The translations under genes were made by a program, and so were the position numbers. Below, piece after piece: positions 43,621-64,000 of a stretch of 64,000 bases of DNA. Position 1 is the first letter of the stretch; every line of letters starts with the position of its first letter. Source of the DNA: the human T2T-CHM13v2.0 reference genome, Homo sapiens; assembly GCF_009914755.1 (NCBI RefSeq), contig NC_060940.1; one strand, 5' to 3'. The notes under the pieces were generated by a model, which worked only from the letters and a program-made list of their open reading frames with translations, did no database searches and was not told the DNA's origin.

Positions 43621-43726
43621 CTGGGAGAGAAGACATCGTTGGCTGGGCGACCCCCAGTCCCGACTCCCGGTCCCCCGGACCCCCTTCCCCGGCGCTCCAA
43701 CCCCCCTCCCCCGGCCCGGCCCTCAC

Positions 43727-44105
43727 CCTGCATGATGTCCCGGATCTGTCTGAAGTCCCCGTACCGGCTACCCCGAAAGGCCCGCAGCGCCTCGTGGAAG
43801 TAGAACTTGAGCACCCAGCGATTGACTGCCTCTTCCAGCCGTGCCTCCCCCGCGCCGCGCTCCGCCGGGCCCCCCAGCCCCGGCTCGTGGCGCCCCCGCC
43901 GGGCCCGCCCGCTACTGCGGGACGCCCGCCTGCCAGCTGCCCGCCCGCTGCCGTCGCTACTCCCGCCTCCTCCCGCCATCGTGTCCGATCGCCGCGCGCC
44001 CTCCCCGCCCTCCCGGCCGGGCCGCTTCCTCGGCTGTGACGCCGCTGGGTCACGCACGACGCCCGGGCCGGAAGCGGGGCCCGCCGTCCCGGCTCCCGCG
44101 GCCAT
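43727..44105 (-). CDS. TERF2: TERF2 exon 1 (N-terminal extension, basic/GAR domain, start of TRFH); second in-frame ATG at 43979
   Basis: [13 protein letters not shown]...[31 protein letters not shown]...[28 protein letters not shown]|gtgagg; the ten exons sum to 1629 nt, i.e. 542 aa plus stop. Confidence 0.98.
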
Positions 44106-44204
44106 GATAGAAACAGCGTTCCGAGCCGCCCGCGGGCTTCTGGGAGGGAAAGGACCGGAGGGCCCGGCCCCCTTCTCAGACGCCGTAGTTCCCGATGTGC
44201 CGGC

Positions 44205-44231
44205 CGCAATGCCTCCTGGGGCTTGAAGTCC
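44205..44231 (-). promoter_or_regulatory. ZNF143/THAP11 (SBS plus ACTACA-like) composite site
   Basis: GGACTTCAAGCCCCAGGAGGCATTGCG resembles GGACTACAANTCCCAGNATGCATTGCG. Confidence 0.6.
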
Positions 44232-44344
44232 ACACCGCCCAGGCCGGTGAACCCGGCGGGTTTTGCAGTCAACTTCGCTCCGAATTTACAGAAAACAGCT
44301 ACTATGCTAGGGACGCGGAACAGTGTATTAGAGACTGAAAAACA

Positions 44345-44650
<306 letters not shown>

Positions 44651-45299
44651 AAAACCAAATATGTGCACCTTATTAAACACTTTGAAAATTGTGGAAGAGA
44701 GCATACACAGAGGAAAGTCTTTAAACAAATTTGTATTTTAACAAATACTGTAATTATAAAGCAAAGACCAGTGTGATACCAATAAATAGAATGCACCTGG
44801 CAACCCAGCCGCTAGACATATACTCTTTGTAATCACAAAAATAACACATTTTGTTGTAGAACAATTAGAAAAATAAGCAAAAGGACCACCCATAGTCCCA
44901 TAGAGGGTCTGAGTCACTTTCAGATATCTCTGATACTCTTGGAATTCACCAACTGGCACTTGACCAAATGGAGAACCTCCAGCTCAGACCTTAGTTCAGG
45001 ATGGTGGTTGTGGGTGCCTCTTCCTGAGAGGCCCAGTAACTGGTCTAGCTTCAAAGATTGTCCTACCAGCCCCACTAGTCTGGAACCTGCAAAGATCCAG
45101 TTTGGGGCCACTCAAAGACAACTCAGAAGTGCAGGTGGCCATGTCCTTGAGGATGTGAATCCCATGCTGGACCTGTGAATTAATATCAGGACCTTAATAT
45201 GTATAGTATCCTGGAAAGCCAAAAGTTCTATGAGGTACACGTTCCGGGATGAGAGAAGAGGCCTCTAGGTCTGACTGATCTTTGGTGATCATAGCTGCT

Positions 45300-51640
<6,341 letters not shown>

Positions 51641-54333
51641 ATCATTTTCTTTCATTGTGAGTGCTGTTAGTTGCTTGTTTAATAAATCCTTCCTTATTCA
51701 GAAGTCATGAAGATATTAGCTTATGTTATCTTCTAAAAAGTTGTAGATTTTTGCCTTTCACGTATTAGTCTTTTATCCACCTGAATTTGATGCTTGCAAA
51801 TGATATGAAGCAGGGTCCAATTTCATTTTTTTCCATATAGGTATCCAGCTATCCTAGCACCATTTATTAAAAATATCTCTTTTCTCTACTCTCTGTAGGG
51901 CTACCTTTGTTATAAATTAAGTAACCATGTATGTGTAGACTTGTTTCTAGGGACATACAGTTTTTCAAAATTATTTGATGGAATATGCAAGCAAAAAAAT
52001 GTGAAGACCACTGTACTAAACAAATTGTGTGGCTTTTATCTGGTTATTTAACTTCTCTGAATTTCCTGCACTGTTGGTTGGGAGCATCAGATGGGATCAT
52101 GCAGTAAAGCAGATAGGAGACATTTTACATAGCCTCTGGGAGCAGAGGTAGTATCTTTTTTTCTTTTGTTGTTATATTTCCAGTGCCATGCACTGCATGG
52201 AAACAACACCCACTTGGGACAGGAGCTGCCTTGGAAAGAGCCCAGAGGACGTGACATTTGGGTGGGTCGTGAATGATGGTGAAATCTGTCATCTCTTTTT
52301 ATGAGTGTCATCTGTTGACTGTCCATGGCGCATTTCGCATGTGGGTTTTATCTGCTTATTTTAACTGGTTTAGTAGGGCCCAGAGGGAGATGTCTGTGCC
52401 CTGTCCCACATACCAGCTTTCGGGGAAACCCTGGTAGAAGTCACCCAAGAAGATCTAGCAGAAGCGCCAGCTTTGTTTTTACTAGAGATAGATACATGTT
52501 GCTGAGAGCAGGGCTGGGCCTTTTAAAAATTCTGGGCACTGGAGTGCTGCAGGATTCCTGAGTTTCACCCACACACTGCTTTCTTCCCAACCCCCAGCCA
52601 GGGGCCAGCAGGTACAGCAACTAACGCACCCACTCACCCCAGCATTGCCACCCGTGGGAGTGGAGAAATCCACACCACACCCCCAGTTCTGTCTTGCCTC
52701 TGGAAGAGGGAGCATAGGGTCTTGCACTCAGCAGGCAGTCAGTAAACATGGAGTGCGTAACATGTGAGTAACCCTATTAAGATTAGGCTATATGAGCACA
52801 TTCCCATCTGCTACTACATGGCAAGAAATGGATAGATTATGTGGCCCTTCCCAGTCCTGAGGGAGCATCGTTATATATACAGATTCCCCAGCAATGGGAA
52901 TTTTGTATATTTCTGATTCTTCTCCTAACTGCTGAACTAGGAATCTATTCTGATTCCTCCCCTACCTGCTGAATTAGCATGGAGGGGGTGTGCAGAAAGG
53001 AGCTATTTTAAATTAAACTCTCTGGGAGATTCTGGTTTTGATGCCCTGTCAAGTAGGGAAATGATCAAATTATTATATTCCTCATCAAAAGTAACAATTT
53101 GGCAGTATCTATCAAAACTTAAAATTCACATGTATTTTGAACCTATGGTTTCTCCCAGCTCCATCCTATGCCAACAATGTAGGCACAAAGATATTCAGGG
53201 CAGCAATTTTTTTCTTTTGCTTAGATTTGAGATCCCAACAATGCAGCATTTTTGAAATGGACAAATATTAGAGAGTTGGCAAATGTCTATTCATTCATTA
53301 GACACATTCTGTTGACATATTCCCACTATCAGGAACAGCAAAAACAAAGTACCTATAATAAAGTCCCTATTCTTACCGAGATGTACTTTTTAATCCATCA
53401 AAAGAGGACTGAATAAATAATTTATGATACATTCAAGCAATGGAATATTATGCCTCCATCAGAAGGAATGAGGTTTGTCACTACATACAGCTTTGAAAAG
53501 ATGTAAAAGACAATTTTTTAAACTTAGGAATCTTTTGAATGTATTACCTCTTCCAAATGAAGAAAATAAAAAAGAGAAAAGCAAGTTTCGGCTAGGTGCA
53601 GTGGCTCGTGCCTGCAATCCCACCACTTTGGGAGGTCGAGGCAGGCAGATCACTTGAGGCCAGGAGTTCGAGACCAGCCTGGCTAACATGGTGAAACCTT
53701 GTCTCTACTAAAATTACAGAAATTAGCTAGGTGTGGTGGCACACGCCTGTAATTCCAGCTACTCAGGAGGCTGAGGCAGGAGAATCACTTGAACCCAGGA
53801 GAAGGTTGCAGTGAGCAGAGATTGCACCACTGCACTCCAGCCTGGGCGACAGAGCGAGACTTTGTCTCAAAAAAAAAGAAAAAAGAAAGAAAAGCAAGTT
53901 TCAAAACAGGGTATCAGTATTATCCTACTTGTGGATAAAAATTATATACATATGGATATATATATATAGATACATTCATAGAAAAAATTGTGAAAGAATG
54001 TTAAAAAATTGCTAGCAATAGAACTAGAAAATGGAACTAGGAAGGGAAGATTTTTCTTTTCTCTTTATACTCTTTCATGCTGGTTCAAAATTTTATTTTA
54101 TTTTATTTTTATGTATTTTTTGTAGAGAGGGGGTCTTGCTACATTGCCCTGACTGGTCTCAAACTCCTGGCCTCAATGGATCCTCCCACCTCAGCCTCCC
54201 AAACTGTTGGGATTACAGGCATGAGCCACTACACCTGGCCTAAAAATTTTGACCAAAGGAAAGCTTACTTTTCCAATTTTTTAAACCATTACAAAAATTC
54301 CATATAATCTTGAGAGACCATGAAATCTTAAAC

Positions 54334-54352
54334 TTCCAGCAGGGGGCAGCAA
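54334..54352 (+). promoter_or_regulatory. CTCF motif
   Basis: TTCCAGCAGGGGGCAGCAA matches the CCA(G/C)(C/T)AG(A/G)(G/T)GGC core. Confidence 0.75.
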
Positions 54353-54369
54353 CGATTCTCAAATATCTC

Positions 54370-54380
54370 TGACGTCAGCA
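54370..54380. promoter_or_regulatory. Full CRE TGACGTCA with a Maf-type GCA flank
   Basis: TGACGTCAGCA; the CpG is retained in a CpG-poor region. Confidence 0.6.
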
Positions 54381-56857
54381 CAAAGCTGAGGATTAGCGTC
54401 CCCAGGTTTCCATTTCCAGGCCCAAATACTGTCCTTGCATCACCAGATCATAAAGGAAACAAAACGCAATAACCACAGAAGGCTTAAAATGCCGCAGGAA
54501 TTGTTGTGTAACAAAACATTTCTGTATGGCTCTTTGTTAACACATCTGCGAGTTAAACTGCCTTTTCTCTCTCTGGAGCTCACAGTTTTCTCATCCATTA
54601 AATTGAGGGGGTTTGATGAGATCATGTTAAAAGTTCTCTTTCCATTTCTGTAATGCTAAGCCTTTATGACTTAAAACCCAGTATCAGGAAGAAACAAGCC
54701 CCAGTGCCCTCTGAAATTAACTGGCTTATCAAAGAATCTGCTTTAAAACCCTCAGCTGGTCAGTGAATTACTGCCAGTTTATCTTTAGTGTAGATCAAAG
54801 AATACTTTTTTTCAGGGGGGAGGATGTTGGTATTTACTTAACTCACTGATGGAGAAAAAGAACGCTCCCACTCTATAAATGTTTAGCATGTGTGTAAAGG
54901 TCGTAGGTCTGGTGTTCAGAAATTACATACAGGCTTACGAAAGAATCTGCACTGGGTTGGCCAAATTAAACAACAGGCAGTTGTAGAGAAATAAACACAA
55001 GTTAACATTTAACCACAACAAGTCTCTGTTCTTGCTGCTCAGTCTTTCTCACTAGGAGGAGCCTTGAGAAGGTCAGAGAGCTCTGGCTATTCTAGCGAGA
55101 GGGCTCTTCTGAGAATGCACTAATCTATTACTTTTATAATATATATATATCGGCCGGGCGTGGTGGCTCATGCATGTAATCCCAGTACTTTGGGATTCCT
55201 CATCTGTAAGATGGGGATACCAAAGACCTCTAAGACTGTTAATTGCTGTGAGGGTTAAATGATATAATACATTATCAAATTGCTTAGCATGGGACCTGGC
55301 AACTGGAAAGACTTGTTAAAATATGAGTTAATAATATTGTTTAATAAAGCTTAAGCAATATAAGAATCATACATACAGCCACATTTCTGGGGTGTAGACA
55401 CCCCTTCTCAAATTATTCAGAATCTCCCAGCACCAAAAGATTCATTTCCTATATTTTTATAAGAAATGTATTCTTCCCCTGACATAGTTGTCTTTTTTTT
55501 TTTTTTTTTGAGACGGAGTCTCGCTCTGTCACCCAGGCTGGAGTGCAGGCGTGATCTCGGCTCAATGCAAGCTCTGCCTCCCAGGTTCACGTCATTCTCC
55601 TGCCTCAGCCTCCTGAGTAGCTGGGACTACAGGCGTCTGCCACCATGCCTGGCTAATTTTTTGTATTTTTAGTAGAGATGGGGTTTCACCGTGTTAGCCA
55701 GGATGGTCTTGATCTCCTGACCTCATGATCCGCCCGACTCAACCTCCCAAAGTGTTGGGATTACAGGTGTGAGCCCCCGCGCCTGGCTGGTTATCTTCTT
55801 TGAGACAAGAGCTTGCTCTGCTGCCCAGGCTGGAGTGCAGTGGCTCGGTCATGGCTCACTGCAGACTTGGACTTCCCAGGCTGAAGATATCCTCCCACCT
55901 CAGCCTCCCAAGTAGCTGGGACTACAGGTGTGAGCCATCCCACCCAGCCCATAGTTATCTTTTGATCATATTAGAATGTCTTCAGGAAAGAATGATGCAA
56001 ACAGGCCCCAGCCCCCAAGTCCCAAAAGCTGGGGCAAGGTTCCAGGGAAGGAGAGATGAGATGGAGGCTAGACCTCAGAACAGGCAAATCAAGACAGCCA
56101 AGACAGGCAATCAATCATGTGGGGGCATTTGTTAAAAAGTTTCCAGGATCCAGTCTCCAAGATTTTCATTCTGTTCCAAAATGAATTTCAATAGATAGTT
56201 TAATATTTTCATAAAACTATAATCACAGGAAGGGTTTCACATGATCTTATTCTGCCGCACACCCCGGTTCCCCACCAGTTTATTTATTGTTTTCTCCCAA
56301 ACACTGACTCACTTCCTTTATCCTCAGTCAAGGGCATTGCTTTGATTTGCTCTAGTGGCTGCCCCTCTCAGCTTCTGAGTCTTGGCATGAGGGCGTGTGA
56401 ATTCTTCCATCTGAAATCATCTGCTTTCTCACAGCCTAACACTTCGCTTCTCTTCTAAAAGCGACTGACAACTCACCTCCTTCTGGAAGCCTTCCCTGTT
56501 GAGTTTTTTCACTTTCTCACTGTGTTCTGTGCCACAGATGCAAGTGGAGTTGTGGGAATACAACCAGGGCCGTGTCCTTCTGTCTTTGCTATGGGTGGGT
56601 AAGTTCTGGTTCTTTCCATTGGGGGCAGCATGGTTTTAGGGAGAGAGCAGGGACTCTGGAATCTGGCATGAACGCATTCAACAGCACTACTCATGAGCTC
56701 TCAGATTCATCCTGGCTGTCCTTTGACACGTTGGGATTGATGCTTTCTTCTCATGGGTCATCCCAATTTCTCCAGGCAGCTTTCTCTTCTCCTCTTTATG
56801 TTACTTCTCTCCAAGAGTAGACAAGAAGCCCTTCTCTTTTTTTTCTTTTTTAAATAA

Positions 56858-57208
<351 letters not shown>

Positions 57209-57496
57209 TAAGTAAAATAGAGACAGAGTCTTGCTATGCTGCTGGTCTTGAACTCCTGGCTTCAAGTGATCCTCTCACCTCAGTTTCCCAAAGTGCTGGG
57301 ATTGCAGGTGTGAGCCACTGCGCCCAGCCGGTCCTCTTTTAATTCTCCAATGCACAACTAAGGTTATACCATGCACCCCACCATGACTGTCGTGTCCTCA
57401 TCTGTCAAATGGGGATGATTATAGTCCCTGCCTCACTGAATTCTTGTAAGAATGAAATGAGATCAGGCATGTTTCCAAGACTTGGCACCTGGCAAG

Positions 57497-58103
57497 TTGT
57501 GGCAGATGCTTTGGACTGGGTCACTCAAAACCCATCCCAACCCCTTTCTAGATTTGCTTCCTGGACTGTAGAGGATGGAAAGCTAAATATGACATTTCTC
57601 AAACACCCTTGCAGCTCTGGTTCTGTTTATGATTTGGATTGTACTGTGTGAGACTTGATAACTATGAGTCACGTGGAGGGGGAGACAGAGCAGGAAGCAT
57701 CCATTTTGCTGGCACTGGTCAGGGCAGAGGCAATGCTATTCTGGAGCCAACAGCTGTGGTGGCTGCTTAGCAATTCTTTTCTTTTCTTTTTTGAGTCAGG
57801 GTCTCATTCTGTCACCCAGGCTGGAGTGCAGTGGTGCAATCGTAGCTCACTGCAGCCTCAAACTAGTGGCTTCAAACGCTCTTCCTGCTTTGGCCCCCCA
57901 AAGTGCTAGGTTTACAAGCATGAGCCACTGTGCCCAACCACAGTGTAATTTTGAAAGTCATTCCTGGATATTTATCCTAGTGTCTATTTCTTCAACTTCC
58001 CTAATGAGTCCATGAGCTATCCATACCCCTTAATAAATCCTTTTATGTTTAAATTAGCAAGAGTGAAATCTGTTTTCTGCAACAAAGAAAACTAACCAAT
58101 ACA
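57497..58103 (+). mobile_element. Ancient solo LTR (ERVL/MaLR-like) interrupted by an Alu monomer
   Basis: TG start; AATAAATCC..CTGTTTTCTGCAAC..AATACA end. Confidence 0.55.
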
Positions 58104-58241
58104 TACATTCAATAAATGTTAGCTCTTACTATTATTTAAAATACTTCATCAAAGGTTTAGTAATAATGGAAGTAATTACATTTCAGGAAAGGAAATTTTA
58201 AATTGGCTACTAGATAGGACTATATAAAATAACTTCTGGAG

Positions 58242-58882
58242 TAGTACTGTCCCACAGAACTTGCTTTTTCTTTTTCTTTTTGAGACAGTCTCACTCTGTC
58301 ACCCAAGCTGGAGTGCAGTGGTGCCATCATAGCTCAGTGCAGACTTGAACTCCTGGGCTCAAGTGATCTTCCTGCCTCAATCTTCCAAATGGCCTCCCAA
58401 AGTTCTGGGGTTACAGACGTGAGCTACTGAGCCTGACTTGAATTCACAATATCGGCTCACTGCAACCTCCACCACCCAGGTTCAAGCGATTCTCCAGCCT
58501 CAGCCTCCTGAGTAGCTGGGATTACAGGTGCCTGCCAACACGCTCGGCTGATTTTTGTATTTTTAGTAGTGACAGGGTTTCACCATGTTGGCCAGGCTGG
58601 TCTTGAACTCCTGACCTCAGGTGATCCACCTGTCTCAGCCTCCCAAAGTGTTGGGGTTACAGGCGTAAGCCACTGCGCCTGGCCAGAACTTTCTTTAATG
58701 ATGGACATGTTCTGTATTCGCACTCAATATGGTAGCCACTGATTATATGTGGCTTTTGAGCACTTAAAATGTGGCTTCTATAACTGAGGAACTGAATTTT
58801 TAATTTGATTTAACTTTAACACACTTAAGTTTAAAATTAAATAGCCACTTGTGGCTAGTGGCTACTGTGTTAGATAGCACAG
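58242..58882. mobile_element. MER3-type hAT MITE interrupted by Alus
   Basis: GGTAGCCACT..GAGCACTTAAAATGTGGCT..AATAGCCACTTGTGGCTAGTGGCTAC. Confidence 0.75.
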
Positions 58883-59190
58883 TCTTGAGTATCCCAGCCC
58901 TACCTTTCACAAGGGTGTTTTACAGCTCTCTCTCTCTCTCCCTGGCCAAGGAAACATCTTCAGTCAGTTCTTCCACAAGCCCCAGTCTCAGGGCCACACC
59001 ATAATAATCTACAGAGGTGCAAAATGCCCACGATGATGACAATTTTTAAACGGTAAATTTAGAGTTTCATTGTACCTAAACCTCATTCTAAGATTGCATA
59101 TTGACTTTTTATTTGCACGACCGAATGTTTATTGACTATAAGGTACTTGTATGTGTGTATAATGAGAACTGTACAAGAATGTTTACTGAA

Positions 59191-59440
59191 AAACCAAACA
59201 CCGCATGTTCTCACTCATAGGTGGGAATTGAACAATGAGAACACGTGGACACAGGAAGGGGAACATTACACACCAGGACCTGTTGTGGGGTGGGGGGAGG
59301 GGGATAGCATTAGGAGATATACCTAATGTTAAATGACGACTTAATGGGTGCAGCACACCAACATGGCACATGTATACATATGTAACAAACCTGCACATTG
59401 TGCACATGTACCCTAAAACTTAAAGTATAATTAAAAAAAA
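59191..59440 (+). mobile_element. 5'-truncated primate L1PA 3' end with TSD GTTTACTGAA
   Basis: CCGCATGTTCTCACTCATAGGTGGGAATTGAACAATGAG..CCCTAAAACTTAAAGTATAAT plus A tail; TSD at 59181 and 59441; GAG rather than ACA at the L1Hs diagnostic site. Confidence 0.92.
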
Positions 59441-59482
59441 GTTTACTGAAGCATTGTCTATAGTAGACAAAGGTTGGAATTA

Positions 59483-59860
<378 letters not shown>

Positions 59861-61202
59861 CTATAATAATCGTATAAAGTGTTCAATATTATATTATTGA
59901 GTGAAAAGAATCAAACTGCAGAATAATATATAGAATATAATTTGTTTTCTTAAAAACATGCATGTAAAAATACTACATGTTTATTTTCTATGAGTACATT
60001 TATATGTATGCAAAAGTATACTGAAAAGTCAGTGAGGATAGCCTCAAAACTCCTAGAAGTGATTTTTTTAGAGGAAGGGAGAAAGGAACTGGCGTTGTGG
60101 GGAGTGATTAAAGAGAACCAAAACTTTGTCTGCAATGCTCTAATTTTTTTCAAAAGGGAAGAATGTATTACCATATATTCACTAGTAATTAAATGCTAAT
60201 AAAAATACAAAAAAAATAATGGTAGACTTTTAAAGGGGTAGCTTACTGTGAAATAAGATGAATAATTATAAATTTGTTATTCAAAGCCAAATTTTTTTTT
60301 TTTTTTTTTGCCTGACTAGTGGTCAAAAGGAGTCAGTAATCAGAGCCATCATCCAACAACTCTAGGAACCTTCTGGAACACAGACATTCACAAAAAGAGT
60401 GCAGATTTCAGTGAAACTCCTCTTCCACGTGTCACTTTTTCATGTTATATACATAAACCCACATAATGGACCATAAAAGTTTCATAGACCTTCCTTGTCA
60501 CACAACCAAGCAAATGTACAACTCAAAGGAAACCAGGAAAAGACACAAGAGGTGTCCAAGTTCAGCTTCAGGAGGTCTCTTTTCTATGCTCTTCCACTCC
60601 CCCCCTTCCTCCCACACAGATGTTCCCTATAAATGAGCTTGGCTCTATGCAGCTCATATCAGAATGGGATTGTCCAAAACAGTTTGAAGAGAGGAACTCA
60701 CACTTCCTGAAATGATTATCTCTTGACATAAATTCAAATTTAGGAAGGAACCGTCTAAGCCTTTTATAAATACCCATGATGCCCATATGTGACTCAAGAC
60801 TGATTTTGTTTCCTCCTGTCCTCTTGGTACCTCTTTTATCTTACTATAGTGATGCTATGGCTTCGGTTCATGACTACAGTGAGTGACAGCTGGGATCTGG
60901 CCCTTTCCTCCTGCCCCAATTCATAAATGGTGGGCGTTTCTCATATCTCGAGGGCCCAGGTGCTTGGAAATACTGCCAAATATTCCTTTCAACTTAAAAA
61001 AAATGTAATTATACTGGATTAGGTTATGCATTCACATAATTTAAAAATTCTGAGGATACAAAGAGTATAAAGTGAAATTTGTTTCCCCATCTATGTTGTC
61101 CAGTTGCCCAGTTCCCTTCCCCAGTTCTACCAGTTCCTAGAATACCTTCCCCTAGATAGATATTTTGTACATGTTTAAAATAACATGTTTTAAATATTTT
61201 TA

Positions 61203-61577
<375 letters not shown>

Positions 61578-61598
61578 TTATTTTTTTATTTTACATTA

Positions 61599-61885
<287 letters not shown>

Positions 61886-61887
61886 TC

Positions 61888-61918
<31 letters not shown>

Positions 61919-63124
61919 AAAAGAAAGAAAGAAAAAGAAATTAGAGAAGTATCTGGGATTTAGAAAGTTCAGAAAACTTGGAGAAGGGCCTTTGGCCCAT
62001 GCGGTGGTTACTGAGATGCTCATTGTTTACGTGCAGTTGACTTCAAGATAGAAGGTTCAACCTCAGTGTCAAGCTCAACCTCCAGGACCCTCTTGGAGAC
62101 TTCCAAGACCTAGGATGGCTGGGCATTCAGTGCTTTGGGAGCTGCCATCCTTCACCTGCTAGGGTTCTGTGTGGGATCGGGGTGGGGGTCTCTGTTACTC
62201 AGGAAACTGCCCTCCCTTCCTCCCAATTAGATTTGCACTTTATTACTTTTTTTCTTTAGCTTTTTTCGAGATGGACTTATACTTAAAAAAACCTGCTCTT
62301 AGATAATGGGTGGCAGGGGGGTAGAGGGGATTTGAGAAGACCTGGAAAATTCCCAGGTCTCCACTAAATAAGAAAACTGGAGAGTAAGGGGACTGGAGAG
62401 GAACGGAGAAAGAAATGTATTTTCTTTTCTTCTTGTAATCAGAACTGTAGCTTGCAATATTTTTTTCCCAAGCTTCTAAGAGAGTTTTGCAAACAATTGG
62501 AGTAATTAAAAGTTCTCAGAAGTAGCCGATGGTGCCCTTTTCACCGAGGGAATGTGGGCCAAGCATGATATATTAAAAGAGAGGGAGCTGCTCTATTGAA
62601 GTTAAAAATAATCTGTCACATGGCTAATTTGTTGGAATGCAGCAATAAAGGGCTGTGGGCAGAGGGAGAGCTGGAAGCAGCTGGGAAGTTTGCAGGCAGA
62701 GTGCACGCCCTGGGGACTGTGTTTGTAGGGAGAGAAAACAGTGTTACAGCTGCCTTAGGGCACCTTATCAGAAAACCCACAAAATGGGCAGGAAGAAGGA
62801 AGAGTAGGTTTGAGTCCAGAGCATGACCTTTGGGCTTATCAGACAGTGAAGGGATGGGTCAGAACTTGTCACCTGTGTTCACGGGATGCTGATTCACTCA
62901 GCAAGGATGAAGTCTTTTCAGATCCCCCTGCATTTGAATCCGTTTCAAAGGAATACATAATTCAAAGGAAGCTTTTGATCCGAAATACATGGGAAAACCA
63001 ATCTATAGGGTCTTGAGCGAAAAAAGTTCAAGCCAGGAATACAAATCCTAGTTTGGGGGATTGGGGATATTATAATTTTTGAAATGTTAGAGTTGAAAGA
63101 GAGAAAACAAATTATTTAGTATAA

Positions 63125-63302
<178 letters not shown>

Positions 63303-64000
63303 TAGCTGGGACTACAGGCATGCACCACTGCGCCCACCTAATTTTTGTATTTTTAGTAGAGATGGGGTTTCACCATGTTGGTTAGCCAGGATGGTCTCGA
63401 TCTCTTGACCCTGTGATCTGCCTGCCTCGGCCTCCCAAGTGCTGGGATTACAGGTGTGAGCCACCACGCCCGGCCTACTCCCTGAATTTTCTACATGAGG
63501 CAACAGGCTCAAAGAGGTTGATTTGCTCAAGGTCACTCAACCAGCAAGTAACAGAGCTAGATTCAAACCCAGGTCTTTAGCTAGAAAGGAAGGGCATAGT
63601 GGTTAGCAAATATAGGGTTCAGAATGCCCTGATGTCAAATCCTGGCTCTACCAGCAGGACCCTTGGGCAAGTTTCTAACTCCTCTCAGTGTTAGTTTCAT
63701 CATCTGTAAGATGGGAATAACAATAGTACCCACTAGAATTGCTACAATGTATGTAAAGTGCTAAGTATGACATCCAGCCTAGAGGAAAGGCTTAATCAAA
63801 CACTAGATGTTATCATGCCACAGCTTTTTCATCACCCTGCATCAAATTTCTAGAGCTTTCCGCAGATTAACTTGTCCAAACATCCTCTTTGGTTTGGGTG
63901 GGATTCTCTTTCTCCCTTTCCCACCTCCAACTCTCACCCATTATATATAAAGAAAAAGAGGGTGGCCGAACTTTAACCTCTCTATCCTCTGGTAGACACT

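Larger units (their letters stand above)
43540..44340. promoter_or_regulatory. TERF2: CpG island and TATA-less promoter of TERF2
   Basis: Very high GC and CpG density over exons 1-2 and upstream; GC box near 44235. Confidence 0.92.

Noticed and set aside
44939-45178. 79-aa plus-strand ORF upstream of TERF2 as a divergent microprotein
   Set aside because: Starts at TTG, no recognisable homology, no splice or poly(A) support
59191-59440. Active or human-specific L1
   Set aside because: Only about 250 bp of 3' end, lacking the L1Hs ACA diagnostic
62400-63060. Unique purine-rich stretch with 68-76 aa ORFs
   Set aside because: Non-ATG starts and no recognisable protein or RNA family; cannot support any call

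Overview
Human (primate) genomic DNA, recognisable as the 16q22.1 NIP7-TMED6-TERF2 locus. It holds two complete minus-strand protein-coding genes whose exons I reconstructed by hand with GT-AG junctions and consistent phases. TMED6 has 4 exons (CDS 1101-9444, 240 aa, p24/GOLD family). TERF2/TRF2 has 10 exons (CDS 14592-44105, 542 aa from the upstream ATG or 500 aa from the ATG at 43979; shelterin subunit). The first ~800 bp are probably the NIP7 3' UTR on the plus strand, and 44.3-64 kb is Alu-dense intergenic DNA with a CTCF/CRE/HNF1/FOXA element at 54.3-55.0 kb. Almost all other listed ORFs are Alu, L1 or CpG-island artefacts. I see no evidence for a wholly new biological system. The best second-look items are: (i) an old NUMT (mt tRNA-His end, tRNA-Ser(AGY), tRNA-Leu(CUN), start of ND5) nested in a Tigger3 element in TERF2 intron 8; (ii) a very young AluYa5(a2-like) insertion with a perfect TSD in TERF2 intron 7; (iii) three sequence-encoded routes to a Myb-less TRF2 (exon 7 read-through with a hydrophobic tail, a cryptic exon 7 donor with an NMD-escaping frame, and an in-frame TERF2-TMED6 read-through); (iv) G-quadruplexes around the two TRF2 start codons; (v) repeated retrotransposition into single target sites. 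Repeat subfamily names come from recalled consensus sequences and are approximate.
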